A DNA stretch of 64,000 nt, from the NCBI RefSeq assembly GCF_009914755.1, contig NC_060941.1; one strand, 5' to 3'. Shown piece after piece: positions 51,066 to 64,000 of the stretch; position 1 is the stretch's first letter, and the number at the start of each line of letters is the position of its first letter. The notes below the pieces were generated by a model. That model saw only the letters and a list, made by a program, of their open reading frames with translations. It made no database searches and was not told where the DNA came from. The position numbers and the translations under genes are program-made. This DNA is from the human T2T-CHM13v2.0 reference genome, Homo sapiens.

Positions 51066-53950
51066 AGGGCAGAGGGCTCCCCACCCCACTCCTAGATGAA
51101 GGACCCCATGTGTCCAGTGGGTCCCACAGCAACCATCAGTGACCTCCTCCTGTGGGGACCAAGCTTAGGGCACAGACTTGGACCAAGAATTTCACCCTCC
51201 ACCCCACCCACAGGGGCTCTGTCCCAGTGGCTCTTCCAGGACCAGACCCTGCCTCATTGAATTCCAGAACTCAAGGAAGATTTGGAATCTAGGGTAGAGA
51301 GGCCTCAGCGGTCAAAGCTCAAGTCCAGCATGGCAAAGGGTAGGGCTGAGTGCACGGCCCGGGTCACATCTGGGTCTCTGGGCCAGTCACCGCCTCTCTG
51401 ACTCTACACATCTCACCTGTGGAATGGCTACATTTGGGGACAGCACCCATCGCCACAGAGTCTCTGTGAGGACAAAGGAGAGGATGGTCCACGCCGTCAG
51501 TGCAGAACATGTACCCGGTGAGTGCTCAGGGGTGACCCTCGTCGGCATCTGCCCAGAGGTCACTCACCTGAGTCTGCTCAGGCTGCTGTGTCTCTCGCTT
51601 AGAAAAGTCGTTCATGCACCACAGAACCAGACACCTGTGTGCGTCTTATGTGCAAGTGCTGCACAACACAGAGGTGAGTGGGTGGGCAGGTGGGCGGTCA
51701 CTCAGCACCAGTGACATTTTGAGGTCATGGCACCCATCATAATGGGCCATTGCCCAGGTCAAGAGGGCCCAGAGTCGGTGTCCTCCAGCCCCTAAGGTGT
51801 CAAAATGTGTTTGTGCAGGTGAGCATGTATGTTTATGTGGGTGAACATGTGTGTGCACGAGTAGCGTCTCTGGCCAGGGCTGGCTGTCCCACTTACATGT
51901 GCACCCAAGTGCTCATCAAGTCTTAATCAGCGTCACCTTCCCTTGAGGCCTGTGGCAAGCATCAGAGCATCCATGGGTCCTCCCCAACCTCAGAACTCCC
52001 CACACGGGGCAGTCCTGAAGATGCAGATGGGGGCTAGGGGTTAGAGGGCACAGGACAGGGCCCCTCATTAGGGGGAACTCAGCTAGACTGTAAAATGCTG
52101 GGTGTGAGTGGCAAGGTCGGATTCCACACATTTTTTCACCTCCTCCTCCCAGTAGCCTTCCAGGGTGCCATGACTCATTTCTGCTATGGACGGAGGCAAG
52201 GAGGCTCTAAGGACAAACCCCGTGCCTGAGGTCACCAAGCAACCATCTGGCCAGGCCCCCACTAACCAGACCCCTGCCGGCCAGGCTTTCACTGACCGTT
52301 TTCCCAGTGACCAGGCCTTCTGACTAGGTCCTCACTGATCAGGCCCCTGATGACCAGGCTCCAACTGACCATGTCCCCACTGACCAGTTTTTCACTGACT
52401 AAGCCCCAGTGGCCAAGCCTCTGCTGACCAGGCCCCTGATGACCAATTCCCCACTGACCATGTCCTCGCTGACCAGTCCCCCAGTGACCAGGCCTTCCTG
52501 ACCAGGTCCCCACTGTCCAAGTCCTCCCTGCCCAGGCCCCAGAGCAGCAGTGTTCAAGGTCCTCTACCACAACTGCCCACAGGCAGAGGGCTCCCTACTC
52601 CCAGACAAGGGACCCCATGTGTCCAGTGGGTCCCACGGAGACCCTCAGTGACCGCACGTGAAGTCTGAGTTGGTGAGACCTCCTCCTGCGGACACCCAGC
52701 TTAGGGCACAGACTTGGACCGAGCACCACCTCCCTCCACCACACCCATAGGAGTTCCATCCCAGTAGCTCTTTCAGGGCCAGACTCTGCCCCATCAGGGG
52801 CCAGAAAACCCTGGGCAGATTTGGAATCTAGGGCCATAGAGACCAGGGCATGCACAGGGCAGGGCTGAGAGCACAGCCCAGGATCACATCTGGGTCTCTT
52901 GGCCAGTCACCTCCTCTCTGACCCTAGACATCTCACTTGTGGAATGGGTACATTCGGGGACAGCACCCACCCCACAGAGTCCACCAGGTCAGTGCAGAAC
53001 AGGCACCTGGTGAGTGCTCAGGGATGACCCTCCTCGGCACCTGCCCAGAGGCTAGCCCTGCCCACCAGGTAATGACTGTACCCAGGTCAGCAGGGAAGGA
53101 ACAGAGCAGGTCACACTCACCTGAGTCAGTTGAGTCAGTTGTGTCTCTCACTTAGCAAAACTTCCTTTTCTCAGAACCAGACACCTCTATGTCTTATCTC
53201 TAAGAGCTCCAGACATAGAGACGGCAAGCGGACAGGTGGGCGAGTGCTCAGCACCAGTGACATTGTGAGGTCATGACACCCATCACAATGGGCCCCTGCC
53301 TGGGTCAGCCGGGACCAGAGTCAGCACCCTCCACCCCTTGAAGTGTCAACGTGCGTGTGTGCAGTGTTTGTGCATGTGAGCATGCACGTGTATGTGGGTG
53401 AACACATGTGTGCATGCGTTTGTCACTGCTCTGGCTAGGCCCAGCTGCCCCACTCATATGTGCACCCAGGACACTGGGTCACCCTTGTCACTCTCTCCCC
53501 CCTCGGGACCCATGGCCATCATCTGAGCATCCACAGGTGCTCCCTAAACTCAGACCTCCCCATCCAGGGCATTCCTGGGATTGCAGATGGAAGATAGGGG
53601 GCAGAAGGTTGAGGGTTGGGGGCAAAAGGCAAAGGGCAGGTCCCCTCCCTAGCAGGGGACTCATCTAGGCTGTAAAGTGCTAGATCTGTTTGGCAGGGCT
53701 GGATTCCACACACCTGCTCACCTCCTCTTCCCAGCAGCCCTCTGGAGTGCCATGACTCGTTCCCACTACAGATGGCGGCAAGGAGGCTCCAAGGACAAAC
53801 CCTGCCTGAAGTCACCTAGCTGCCACCTGGCCAGGCTTCTGCCAGCCAGACCCCCACTGACCAGGCCCCCACTGACCAGGCCTTCACTGACCACGTTCCC
53901 ACTGACCCCACTGAGCAGAACCCTGAGCCGCGGTGCTCAATGTCCCCTGC
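51066..53950. repeat. Diverged tandem duplication, two units of about 1.4-1.5 kb (about 51066-52580 and 52581-53950)
   Basis: Collinear blocks in both units, e.g. ggaccccatgtgtccagtgggtcccac (51101/52611), gatttggaatctaggg, cacatctgggtctct, cactcacctgagtc, ctcagcaccagtgacatt. Confidence 0.9.
52251..52540. repeat. 15-bp degenerate minisatellite (CCACTGACCAGGCCC)n, about 19 copies; a shorter copy lies at about 53845-53915
   Basis: Periodic ctgacca cores about every 15 nt. Confidence 0.9.
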
Positions 53951-54793
53951 CAATGACCCCCCTCAGTCCACAGACCTCCCCTCCCCACATCAGCACCCAC
54001 AGGCCATCCCCTGGGGGTCTTCTCGGGTCAAGGCCCCCACTCCAGGACACAGGGAGGGACAGTCGGCCTCAGGCTCTGGGTGCCCAGCTTCATGCTCGCC
54101 CCCAAAAGCCCTCTGCGCTCAACCTTAAAGGGGGCAGTGAGGTGGCCTGGCACTGCCTGGACATGATGTCTCGGCCTATTCCTGAGCCGCAGAACCAGAG
54201 GAACGGGGGGACGTTTGTCAGACCAGGCACCCCGTTTTGCTGGGTCTCCCAGGGTTCTTCCTGCGGAGGCTGGATCCAGAGGCGCAGCACCGAGGCTGCA
54301 GGGTGACCGGCCCAGAAGCCTCGAGACTGGGCTGGGGACCACATGAGAACTGTCCCCAGATGGCCAGAAGACCCTTTGCTAATTTCCTGGTAGCTCATTT
54401 CCCACCAGCTACCCTTGCCCCACCAGGAATCCCCTTCTGGCAGAGTCAATGAGGAGAGGAAGATGGTCACAGAATCCATGGAAAGAAAGAAAACAAAATG
54501 ACAATGGAACATCATCTATTTCCTGTCCATCTGAAAGGAAAGCCTAAGGAAGCCTATTGGGTTCCATCACCCTGAGGGCCCCGAGGATGGCATCACACAG
54601 TGCAATACCCAATGGCAGGGGCCGTGCTCCATCCCTGCAGACGTCATCGAGGGCACACCTGGGGTCGTCTAGGGTCATGGACCTGGCCACAGAGCAGAAA
54701 CTGGGTCAACAGGAGTGCACACACGCACACAGGTGCACACTCACACACTGGAATAAAACGAATTTCGTAGCAAGTGGTCACATGCGCGTGGGA

Positions 54794-54794
54794 G

Positions 54795-54835
<41 letters not shown>
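54794..54835. repeat. (GC)n(CA)17 microsatellite, alternating purine-pyrimidine
   Basis: Direct reading. Confidence 0.95.
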
Positions 54836-54836
<1 letters not shown>

Positions 54837-56015
54837 ACTTGTTGCTGATCTGCTGACTTATCTCACTGCCATGAAACAGCAGCTAAGCCTGTAATTGCTC
54901 TGCCTTTCCTTGGATTTTTCCTTTAGTTTCTCTGACTGCTGGGTTACTGGCCTGTGTTTAGCTTCATGAACATGGGTTTCACTTTATTTTTATGGGGTTC
55001 CAGCTCTTGCTCATGGAATCCCTCCCTGCCTGTTCTGCAGTCTTCCCTTGTTTACTGCCTGTGGACTTCAAGTATCAGACACAGAGAAAGATTTGTAGAT
55101 ACTGTTTACTCAGCCCCCACAATTTCCATAGCAGGTCTCTTAATTCCCATCACCTCCAGGGAGGGTCATTGCTGGGATCCTAGGAATCAAGTGCCTTGTC
55201 TTGATGGCCACAGTGGTAACCATAATAGTCAGGTTTTCCCTCTGTGCAATTATGGAACATAAAAATCTTCTCTGGTAACAAGACTACAGAAAGCAATGAA
55301 AGCAACACTAAACTGGGAGTTTGCTGGCCTGTGTTTCTAAGAAATTTAATGTTTTTACATAAACAATGAAGAAGAAATGACTTTTCTAAAGTTCCTGTCA
55401 TTTATGCCATGGATTGGACTCTTCTGTGAAAGCAGTTTCATTGATGGATGTGGATAATTAGCTTAACTTCAAGTAAAAGATTAGAGAGCAAATTGTAAAC
55501 ATAACTGTGCTTTTTTACACTCAAATGACATTAATCAGACAGTTTTGGATCTCTAGAAATATATATTAGAACATGTAAGTTCTATATTGAAATGCGCAAG
55601 TTTGGAATCCTTCAGGTGACTTATTTTTCATCAACTAGAAATAATATTAAAATTGCAAAGATTTATTATGTTTTATATTATTTGTCCTAATGGAAAAAGG
55701 AATTCAAATATGTTTATTAAAGTATAATATACACAGGAATCCTATTATTCTACTACTCAGTGATTTATCACAAAGAGGACACATGCTTGGAGCTACCACA
55801 CAGTCCAAGAAAATGAAATAAAAATAACAATCTGGAAATCCCTCTCCTGAAGGTCTGCTCCCTAACCACTGCCCACCTGTCTTGTCAAAGCAAAGAGTCA
55901 CCTGGATTTTAGCAGCCCCAATTAGTGTTGTCTGTTTCATAAATGGATGCATGGAGGGCCATTCAGTAGGAATGGTTTTGTGTGTGGCTTCTTTGGCCCA
56001 GCATTACATTTGTGA

Positions 56016-56349
<334 letters not shown>

Positions 56350-56589
56350 AAGCAGTTCATTTCTTTTCCCTGCTCAGTGGTGCTCTGCATGAATATGGCA
56401 CATCTACCAATTCTACTGTTGATGGACATTGGTTTGTTTCTAATTTGGGACTACAAGCAATAAAGCCACTATGAACATTCTTGTTAATTTCTTTTGGTAC
56501 ACATGTATAGATATTTTAGTTAAGTACAGCCCTACAAATAAAATAGCTTGGTCATGGTAACTGCATATGTTCAAATGCAACGCATGTCA

Positions 56590-56890
56590 CTAAAAATGTC
56601 AGCTAGGAGGAAAAGCTCAAGAGCTCTATTGTACAACATGTTGACTACAGTTAATAACAATGTGGTAATACTTGAAATTGTTGAGACAGCAGATTTTAAA
56701 TGTTCTCACCACAAAAAAAAAAAGATAAGTATCTGAGGTAACTGATATGCTAGGTAGCTTGATTTAGCCATTCTACAATGTCTGTCTGTTGCTATACATA
56801 TATATACACAGATTTAGCTATTCTACAATGTGTGTGTGTGTGTATGTAAAATGTGGTATAGCACAAATACATACAATTTATCAATTAAAT
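56590..56890 (+). mobile_element. L1MA-like 3' end within an older L1
   Basis: ctattgtacaacatgttgactacagttaataacaatg...gattttaaatgttctcaccacaaaaa. Confidence 0.75.
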
Positions 56891-57086
56891 TTTAATTCCA
56901 AAGATTTTTTTGACTAATATATAACCCAACCACAAGTTTGAGAGTTCTAATTAGATGTCCTTTCCAACACCTGATTTTGTCAGTCTTCCTTTTATATATT
57001 CTGGTTAGTGGATAATGTTATTTCGTTTTCATTTATTTTGGTCTTCTGATTATTAAAAGGCCTGATACCACTTTCATAAATGTTTA

Positions 57087-57562
<476 letters not shown>

Positions 57563-57723
57563 TCATATTTTCAGGGGTCTATGCAATTTTTTATACTTTT
57601 TCCAATGTGGTTATCAATCTTTCTAAATGATCTTCGAGAAGTTTTTAAAAATAAATTCTTGACATAAATTTTTGGGATTTTGTCAGTTAAAGGTGGAAAT
57701 ATCTTCTCTTTAAGAAAGAGCTT

Positions 57724-58408
<685 letters not shown>

Positions 58409-59269
58409 TCATTGGAGATGTTAAGTTTTAGGTAAGATAGAAAAAAGGGTCTTTTAACATAGTTGTATTATATATATTTTTGCCTTGTATTTTCATGTTA
58501 CAGAATGGGTCTAACTTTGGGTCAATATATGTGTTCACTTAATTTTTTTCTAAATTTGGAAGTAACCTGAAATTTACACAAAGACTACAATAGAATTACA
58601 AAGGATAGCCAGGTTCCTCTTAGACTGACACACAGTTAACGTTTAATCCTGCTTGTTTTATCATTTGCTCTTTCTATATACAAATTTTTCTTGAATCATT
58701 TCAATTTCATACATTACTCTTCTTTACCTCTAAATACTTCCAATATGCATTTCTCAATAATGAGGATATTATTAATACTTTACACAACCATGATACAGTT
58801 ATCAACTGCAGTAAATTTAACATCAATACATTACTTTTATCTATTCTACTGCTTGTATTCCAGTTTTGAAAAATTGAACCAACAATGTCTTTAGGAGATT
58901 TTCTCTCACACAAGACCTAGTCAAAGATCCTGTATTGTATTTAGTTGTCATGATGCTTTAGTCTCTTTTAATTTGGAAGTTATTCAGCTTTTCCTTGTCT
59001 TATGTGACATTAATATTTTTGAAGGCCCGAACGGAGCGGGGCCTGCTGAGCGGGCGCGGCACCAGCCGCCGCAACCCAAAGCCCCGGGCTTCCTGCAGCC
59101 ACCGCCGCTGCGCCAGCCCAGGACGACCCCGCCGCCAGGGGCCCAGTGCGAGGTCCCCGCCAGCCCCCAGCGGCCTTCCCCGCCCGGGGCGCTCCCAGAG
59201 CAAACGAGGTCCCTGAGAGCTCCACCTAGTTCACAGGATAAAATCCCACAGCAGAACTCGGAGTCAGCA

Positions 59270-60373
59270 ATGGCTAAGCCCCAGGTGGTTGTAGCTCCTG
59301 TATTAAGGTCTAAGCTGTCTGTGAATGCCCCTGAATTTTACCCTTCAGGTTATTCCTCCAGTTACACAGAATCCTATGAGGTTGGTTGTGAGGATTATCC
59401 TACTCCATCAGAATATGTTCAGGATTTTTTGAATCATCTTACAGAGCAGCCTGGCAGTTTTGAAACTGAAATTGAACAGTTTGCAGAGACCCTGAATGGT
59501 TGCGTTACAACAGATGATGCTTTGCAAGAACTTGCGGAACTCATCTATCAACAGGCCACGTCTATCCCAAATTTCTCTTATATGGGAGCTCGCCTGTGTA
59601 ATTACCTGTCCCATCATCTGACAATTAGCCCACAGAGTGGCAACTTCCGCCAATTGCTACTTCAAAGATGTCGGACTGAATATGAAGTTAAAGATCAAGC
59701 TGCAAAAGGGGATGAAGTTACTCGAAAACGATTTCATGCATTTGTATTCTTTCTGGGAGAACTTTATCTTAACCTGGAGATCAAGGGAACAAATGGACAG
59801 GTTACAAGAGCAGATATTCTTCAGGTTGGTCTTCGAGAATTGCTGAATGCCCTGTTTTCTAATCCTATGGATGACAATTTAATTTGTGCAGTAAAATTGT
59901 TAAAATTGACAGGATCAGTTTTGGAAGATGCTTGGAAGGAAAAAGGAAAGATGGATATGGAAGAAATTATTCAGAGAATTGAAAACGTTGTCCTAGATGC
60001 AAACTGCAGTAGAGATGTAAAACAGATGCTCTTGAAGCTTGTAGAACTCCGGTCAAGTAACTGGGGTAGAGTCCATGCAACTTCAACATATAGAGAAGCA
60101 ACACCAGAAAATGATCCTAACTACTTTATGAATGAACCAACATTTTATACATCTGATGGTGTTCCTTTCACTGCAGCTGATCCAGATTACCAAGAGAAAT
60201 ACCAAGAATTACTTGAAAGAGAGGACTTTTTTCCAGATTATGAAGAAAATGGAACAGATTTATCCGGGGCTGGTGATCCATACTTGGATGATATTGATGA
60301 TGAGATGGACCCAGAGATAGAAGAAGCTTATGAAAAGTTTTGTTTGGAATCAGAGCGTAAGCGAAAACAGTAA
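59270..60373 (+). CDS. Intact 367-aa ORF equivalent to the short PAIP1 isoform (PAM2 motif, MIF4G domain, acidic PAM1 tail); expression unknown
   Basis: ATG in GCAATGG context; MAKPQVVVAPVLRSKLSVNAPEFYPS...ESERKRKQ*; no stop or frameshift. Confidence 0.5.
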   Translation: MAKPQVVVAPVLRSKLSVNAPEFYPSGYSSSYTESYEVGCEDYPTPSEYVQDFLNHLTEQPGSFETEIEQFAETLNGCVTTDDALQELAELIYQQATSIPNFSYMGARLCNYLSHHLTISPQSGNFRQLLLQRCRTEYEVKDQAAKGDEVTRKRFHAFVFFLGELYLNLEIKGTNGQVTRADILQVGLRELLNALFSNPMDDNLICAVKLLKLTGSVLEDAWKEKGKMDMEEIIQRIENVVLDANCSRDVKQMLLKLVELRSSNWGRVHATSTYREATPENDPNYFMNEPTFYTSDGVPFTAADPDYQEKYQELLEREDFFPDYEENGTDLSGAGDPYLDDIDDEMDPEIEEAYEKFCLESERKRKQ

Positions 60374-60560
60374 AGTTAAATTTCAGCATATCAGTTTTAT
60401 AAAGCAGTTTAGGTATGGTGATTTAGCAGAACACAGGAGAGCAAGAAAATGTGTCACATCTATACCAAATTAAGGATGTTGAGTTATGTTACTAATGTAT
60501 GCAACTTTAATTTTGTTTAACACTATCTGCCAAAATAAACTTTATTCCCTATAACTTAAA

Positions 60561-60561
<1 letters not shown>

Positions 60562-60614
<53 letters not shown>

Positions 60615-60629
60615 ATATATATATATATA
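60562..60629. repeat. (TA)n/(TG)n microsatellite in the PAIP1 3'-UTR copy
   Basis: Direct reading. Confidence 0.95.
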
Positions 60630-62569
60630 ATAGTTTATTATGTACAGTTAATTCTACTGTTTTGGCTGCAATAAAATCGATTTTGAAATAAATGAAATGT
60701 TGAAAATTTTGCTAGTTGGTTAGATGCTTATCCTTTAAATTCTACTTTTCTTGAGGTGAAAAAGTCTTCCTCTGGAAATACATATCACTGCAAAAATGTA
60801 GCATCCTTTTTTAGGTAGGAGTATTATAGCTTTCATTTTAGTTTGACATTTAGTGTCCCAATGAATTGAATTTCAAATATGAATCATAATCTTGAAAATC
60901 TTTAGCACTAAAGTCTTGGAATATATCAACAACTGATTTACATATGCAGATGCTATTTGATACCAAGGGCTTTTTAAATGTCATGGGGGGGAAATCCCAA
61001 CTTGGTGAACTCCCAGCTAAACAGCCAAGACTTCACTGAAGATTTATTCCAATTCTAGAATTGTTCTTTTTTATTTTTATTTTTTCAACTGACTAACTTC
61101 ATTACCTTAAAGCCTAGAACATTATTCTGCTTTATTTATATGGCTTTCTCACTTTTATTTTGTAGCATGGGTTGCATCGACTTTTTTACTAGAGAATTTT
61201 ACTAGATATTTGTCATTCAAGTTTTCATCTGCTTTATAATTGATACACCTTGAGGGTCACTTTTCTAATACTTTTACTATAATGTGGTACCACCTCAGCC
61301 CTAATAAATAATATTTTTACCTAATGTCAAATCTTTTTCCAGCTAACTAAAAACTATGTACAAAAGGATTGCTTGTAAATATGCATGTAAATAGTTCTGT
61401 TAATAACCCACTGTTTTACATTTGGTACATCTGTGTCTGCTAATACAGTTAGCTTTCTCACTTTTCTGCTTGTTTGTTCAGTCTGAATTAAAATTAGACT
61501 TTGAAAATAAAGCTTAAATAGTTCTGTTTCCTCTAAAAAAAATATTTTTGAAGAATGCAGTCCTTTTAATAGTCCTCATTTTGGAGTTTGTCAAATATTT
61601 CTTCATGATTAGATTCCTGTTATGCATTCCCAGCCAGAATAGTACACACATTATGCTGTGTCCTTCTCATGGTATCACATCTGAGGCACAGAATGGCCAT
61701 GTGCTGCTTACTCATATTAATTTTGATCATGTAATCAAAGTTTTTCCCAGTTCTTCCACTATATAATTATTTTTTGCCTTGCAATTGCTAATCATAACAA
61801 GCAATCTCTGGAAAAGATACTTCAATTCTATGCAAATATCCTGTTCCTCATCAAAATTTCCCCTTAGATTTAGCATCCATTGATTCTTGCTTGAATCAGT
61901 CTTTACTGTTATGGCTACAAAATGATAGTTTTCCAGCTCCAACATTCCCTTCGCATTTACCCATTGGCATAGGATATTCTGCGGTAAGCAAGTGTCCTCT
62001 GTTATCGCTCATTTATTTACTTATTATCAATGTGAACTCATGGACTACTACTTCTTCAATGGTTTGCAATTCATCATTTTCTTGTTTTGCTGCTCAAATT
62101 GTTCTGGATTTAGTCAGTGAGGGCTACTTCCTGTGTCTTTGTGACCTACCCTCATCATTTTTTTGAGTGCTACTTTTTTTTTTTTCTGGAATAAGATGTT
62201 CCAGGATCTTCTTGGAGTTTCCTTCCCTCAGACCTGCAATCAGCCATTTTTCTGAGGAGCCTTAGTTCCTTTTAGCAGAGAACGGTATCAGAAACCAAGA
62301 TCTGGGCTCATTGCAACTGAGATGTCATTGCTTTTAGCCCGTTTCAGTAGAAAGAGCATGGAAATGTGTGTGCTAAGAAGGTGTAAAAGGGATGTGTGGC
62401 TGCAGGAGGTCATTTTATGTGTGTTTGTGAGTTTTGCTCATCTGCTAAGTTGCCTGTCTAATGTAGAGAGTTCTGATTATCTACATCCCAGTTAATTTCT
62501 TTGGTTAGCAAATTTGTGATTAATATGAGTGGCTGGGAGGCTGTATGAAAACAATAGTGGCAACGAAAC

Positions 62570-63128
62570 TGTGCAGAAAAGTTAACATAGCAAGTCCGAG
62601 CCTGCTATCTTTAGAAAGACTTGCCTACAAGGTTGGCCACAGGCGGGCATCTGGGAAGTATAACTTTGGGATCGTTCCCGCTAATTCCAGAATTAAAGTG
62701 GATCACTGCTCCTAAACTGTCTGTAAAAACAATGAAGCTTATGCTGAACACCTGCTTTCCTTCTGAAGTCTGGAGTTTTGGTACATGCTAGACAGAGACT
62801 GCCTATGTGACTAGCACCCAGTACAAACCTTGGGATTTGAATCTCTACTGAGCTTCCCTGATAGATCACATTTCACACATGCTGTCACAACTCCTTGCTG
62901 GGGGAAATGAGCAAGTCTTGTGTGACTTCACTGGGAGAGGACTCGGGGAAGCTTGTTCCTTGTTTCCTCCAGACCTTGCCGCCCCATGAGCCTTTTCTCT
63001 TTACTGGTTTTGCTGTGTGTCCTTTTACTATAATAAACCACAGCCAAGAAAATGACAACATGCTGAGTCCTGGGAATCCTTCTAGTGAATCATTGAACCT
63101 GAGGGTGGTCTTGGGGATCCCTAAACAT
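62570..63128 (+). mobile_element. MER21-like solo LTR
   Basis: Collinear with 23660-24243: gtggatcactgctcctaaactg...ctgagtcctgggaatccttctagtgaatc...gtcttggggatccctaaaca. Confidence 0.8.
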
Positions 63129-63578
63129 GTAGAAAGAAAATGTTATGTTTTTGTTTATCAAAAGAAAACAGGACTATTTTTCTCTTAGAGTGAAATGTGT
63201 GGTTGTTGCAGAATGCAAAAGATAGTTAAAGCATAAAACTGGAGAGGATGCTGTAAGTTTTGGAAGGTTTGGGGGAAAGTGAACTTTACTTGTGCTTTAT
63301 AATAGCTGCAAATTCTGAAAAGAAGAAATAAAATGTATTAAAATTTTGACAAAAGTTGGCTTGATTTTGATGAGTTCATTAAAATCTATGAAATCTTTAA
63401 TTCAAAATATTATATTTAAAAAGATTAAACTTCGGTTATCTTTGCTTAAATGATAGTTTGTTCAACAAGAGAAAGGGAAAGATCATTCTTTACCTTCTGT
63501 GTAATCTGCCCAAATAGTAGAAATTGTCTCTCATCAGAACTACAGTTTTGTGCTTTGTTCTGTGTTATGCTTTTCATT

Positions 63579-63586
<8 letters not shown>

Positions 63587-63627
<41 letters not shown>
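63587..63627. repeat. (AT)n microsatellite
   Basis: Direct reading. Confidence 0.95.
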
Positions 63628-63631
<4 letters not shown>

Positions 63632-64000
63632 CAAAGCCAAAACAGACCCTTATCTTGGAGCTTATGATATGGCACTCATAAACAGGAAAATGTAAGAAAT
63701 ACTTGGGTTTGTTTGGTATGTCCTATAGTTATTAATTAGTTCAAAATGATTGTAAGAGCTGCTCTGTTTATGGGAAGAGGTGTCAGACCAAAGAGAAGGG
63801 AAACCTTCCCTAGTTTAATTTTGTATAGATATGTTACTAAAACAAATGTTTCAGAAACTGTATACTTACTTATGTTTGGAAGGCCCTGGAGATGTCCACA
63901 CTGTATATAATGCATTCTTACTCTCAGGGGAACACTGATCAACTCCTCTTTGAAATAATCATGTGTTATACTCCAATAAAGGATTTTACTCTCCTTCATT

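Larger units (their letters stand above)
59025..61542 (+). pseudogene. PAIP1P2: Processed retrocopy of PAIP1 (5'-truncated, full 3' UTR); probably PAIP1P2
   Basis: Intronless PAIP1 sequence, AATAAA at 61506-61511, short poly(A) at 61535-61542, 13-bp TSD aatatttttgaag at 59012-59024 and 61541-61553. Confidence 0.93.
58540..62345 (-). mobile_element. Old L1MC-like fragment split by the PAIP1 insertion (58540-59024 and 61541-62345)
   Basis: The flanks read as one continuous L1MC-like 3' region once the TSD-bounded insert is removed. Confidence 0.6.

Noticed and set aside
58973-59269. N-terminal extension making a 466-aa PAIP1-like ORF
   Set aside because: Begins at TTG in flanking L1-derived DNA outside the TSD; the first ATG is at 59270

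Overview
Primate (very probably human) genomic DNA, not microbial. It is an Alu/L1/L2/LTR-rich segmental-duplication mosaic. Its gene content and order match my recollection of 17p11.2 near the Smith-Magenis low-copy repeats; no database search was run. From left to right: (1) the first eight coding exons and the CpG-island promoter of a CCDC144-family gene (probably CCDC144B) on the minus strand, which splice into an uninterrupted 630-codon frame running off the left edge; (2) a heavily degraded, GC-shifted processed copy of NEK4 on the plus strand that now looks like a CpG island; (3) the complete 7-exon, 210-aa TBC1D28 coding sequence on the minus strand, a truncated TBC domain, with a tandemly duplicated upstream region; (4) a young PAIP1 processed retrocopy with target-site duplications and an intact 367-aa ORF. 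Intronic 7SL and U6 retrocopies are also present. I see no wholly new biological system. The best leads are: a 48-bp promoter tandem repeat carrying three co-oriented CTCF-like motifs beside a CRE/MYB/CCAAT cassette; the GC-converted NEK4 retrocopy abutting the junction that truncates TBC1D28; a fused inverted-Alu palindrome whose arms share private mutations; the intact PAIP1 short-isoform ORF; and a series of microexon/zero-length-exon splice signals in the CCDC144 introns. Exon boundaries were read by hand and checked for GT-AG and frame. Boundaries of old repeats are approximate.
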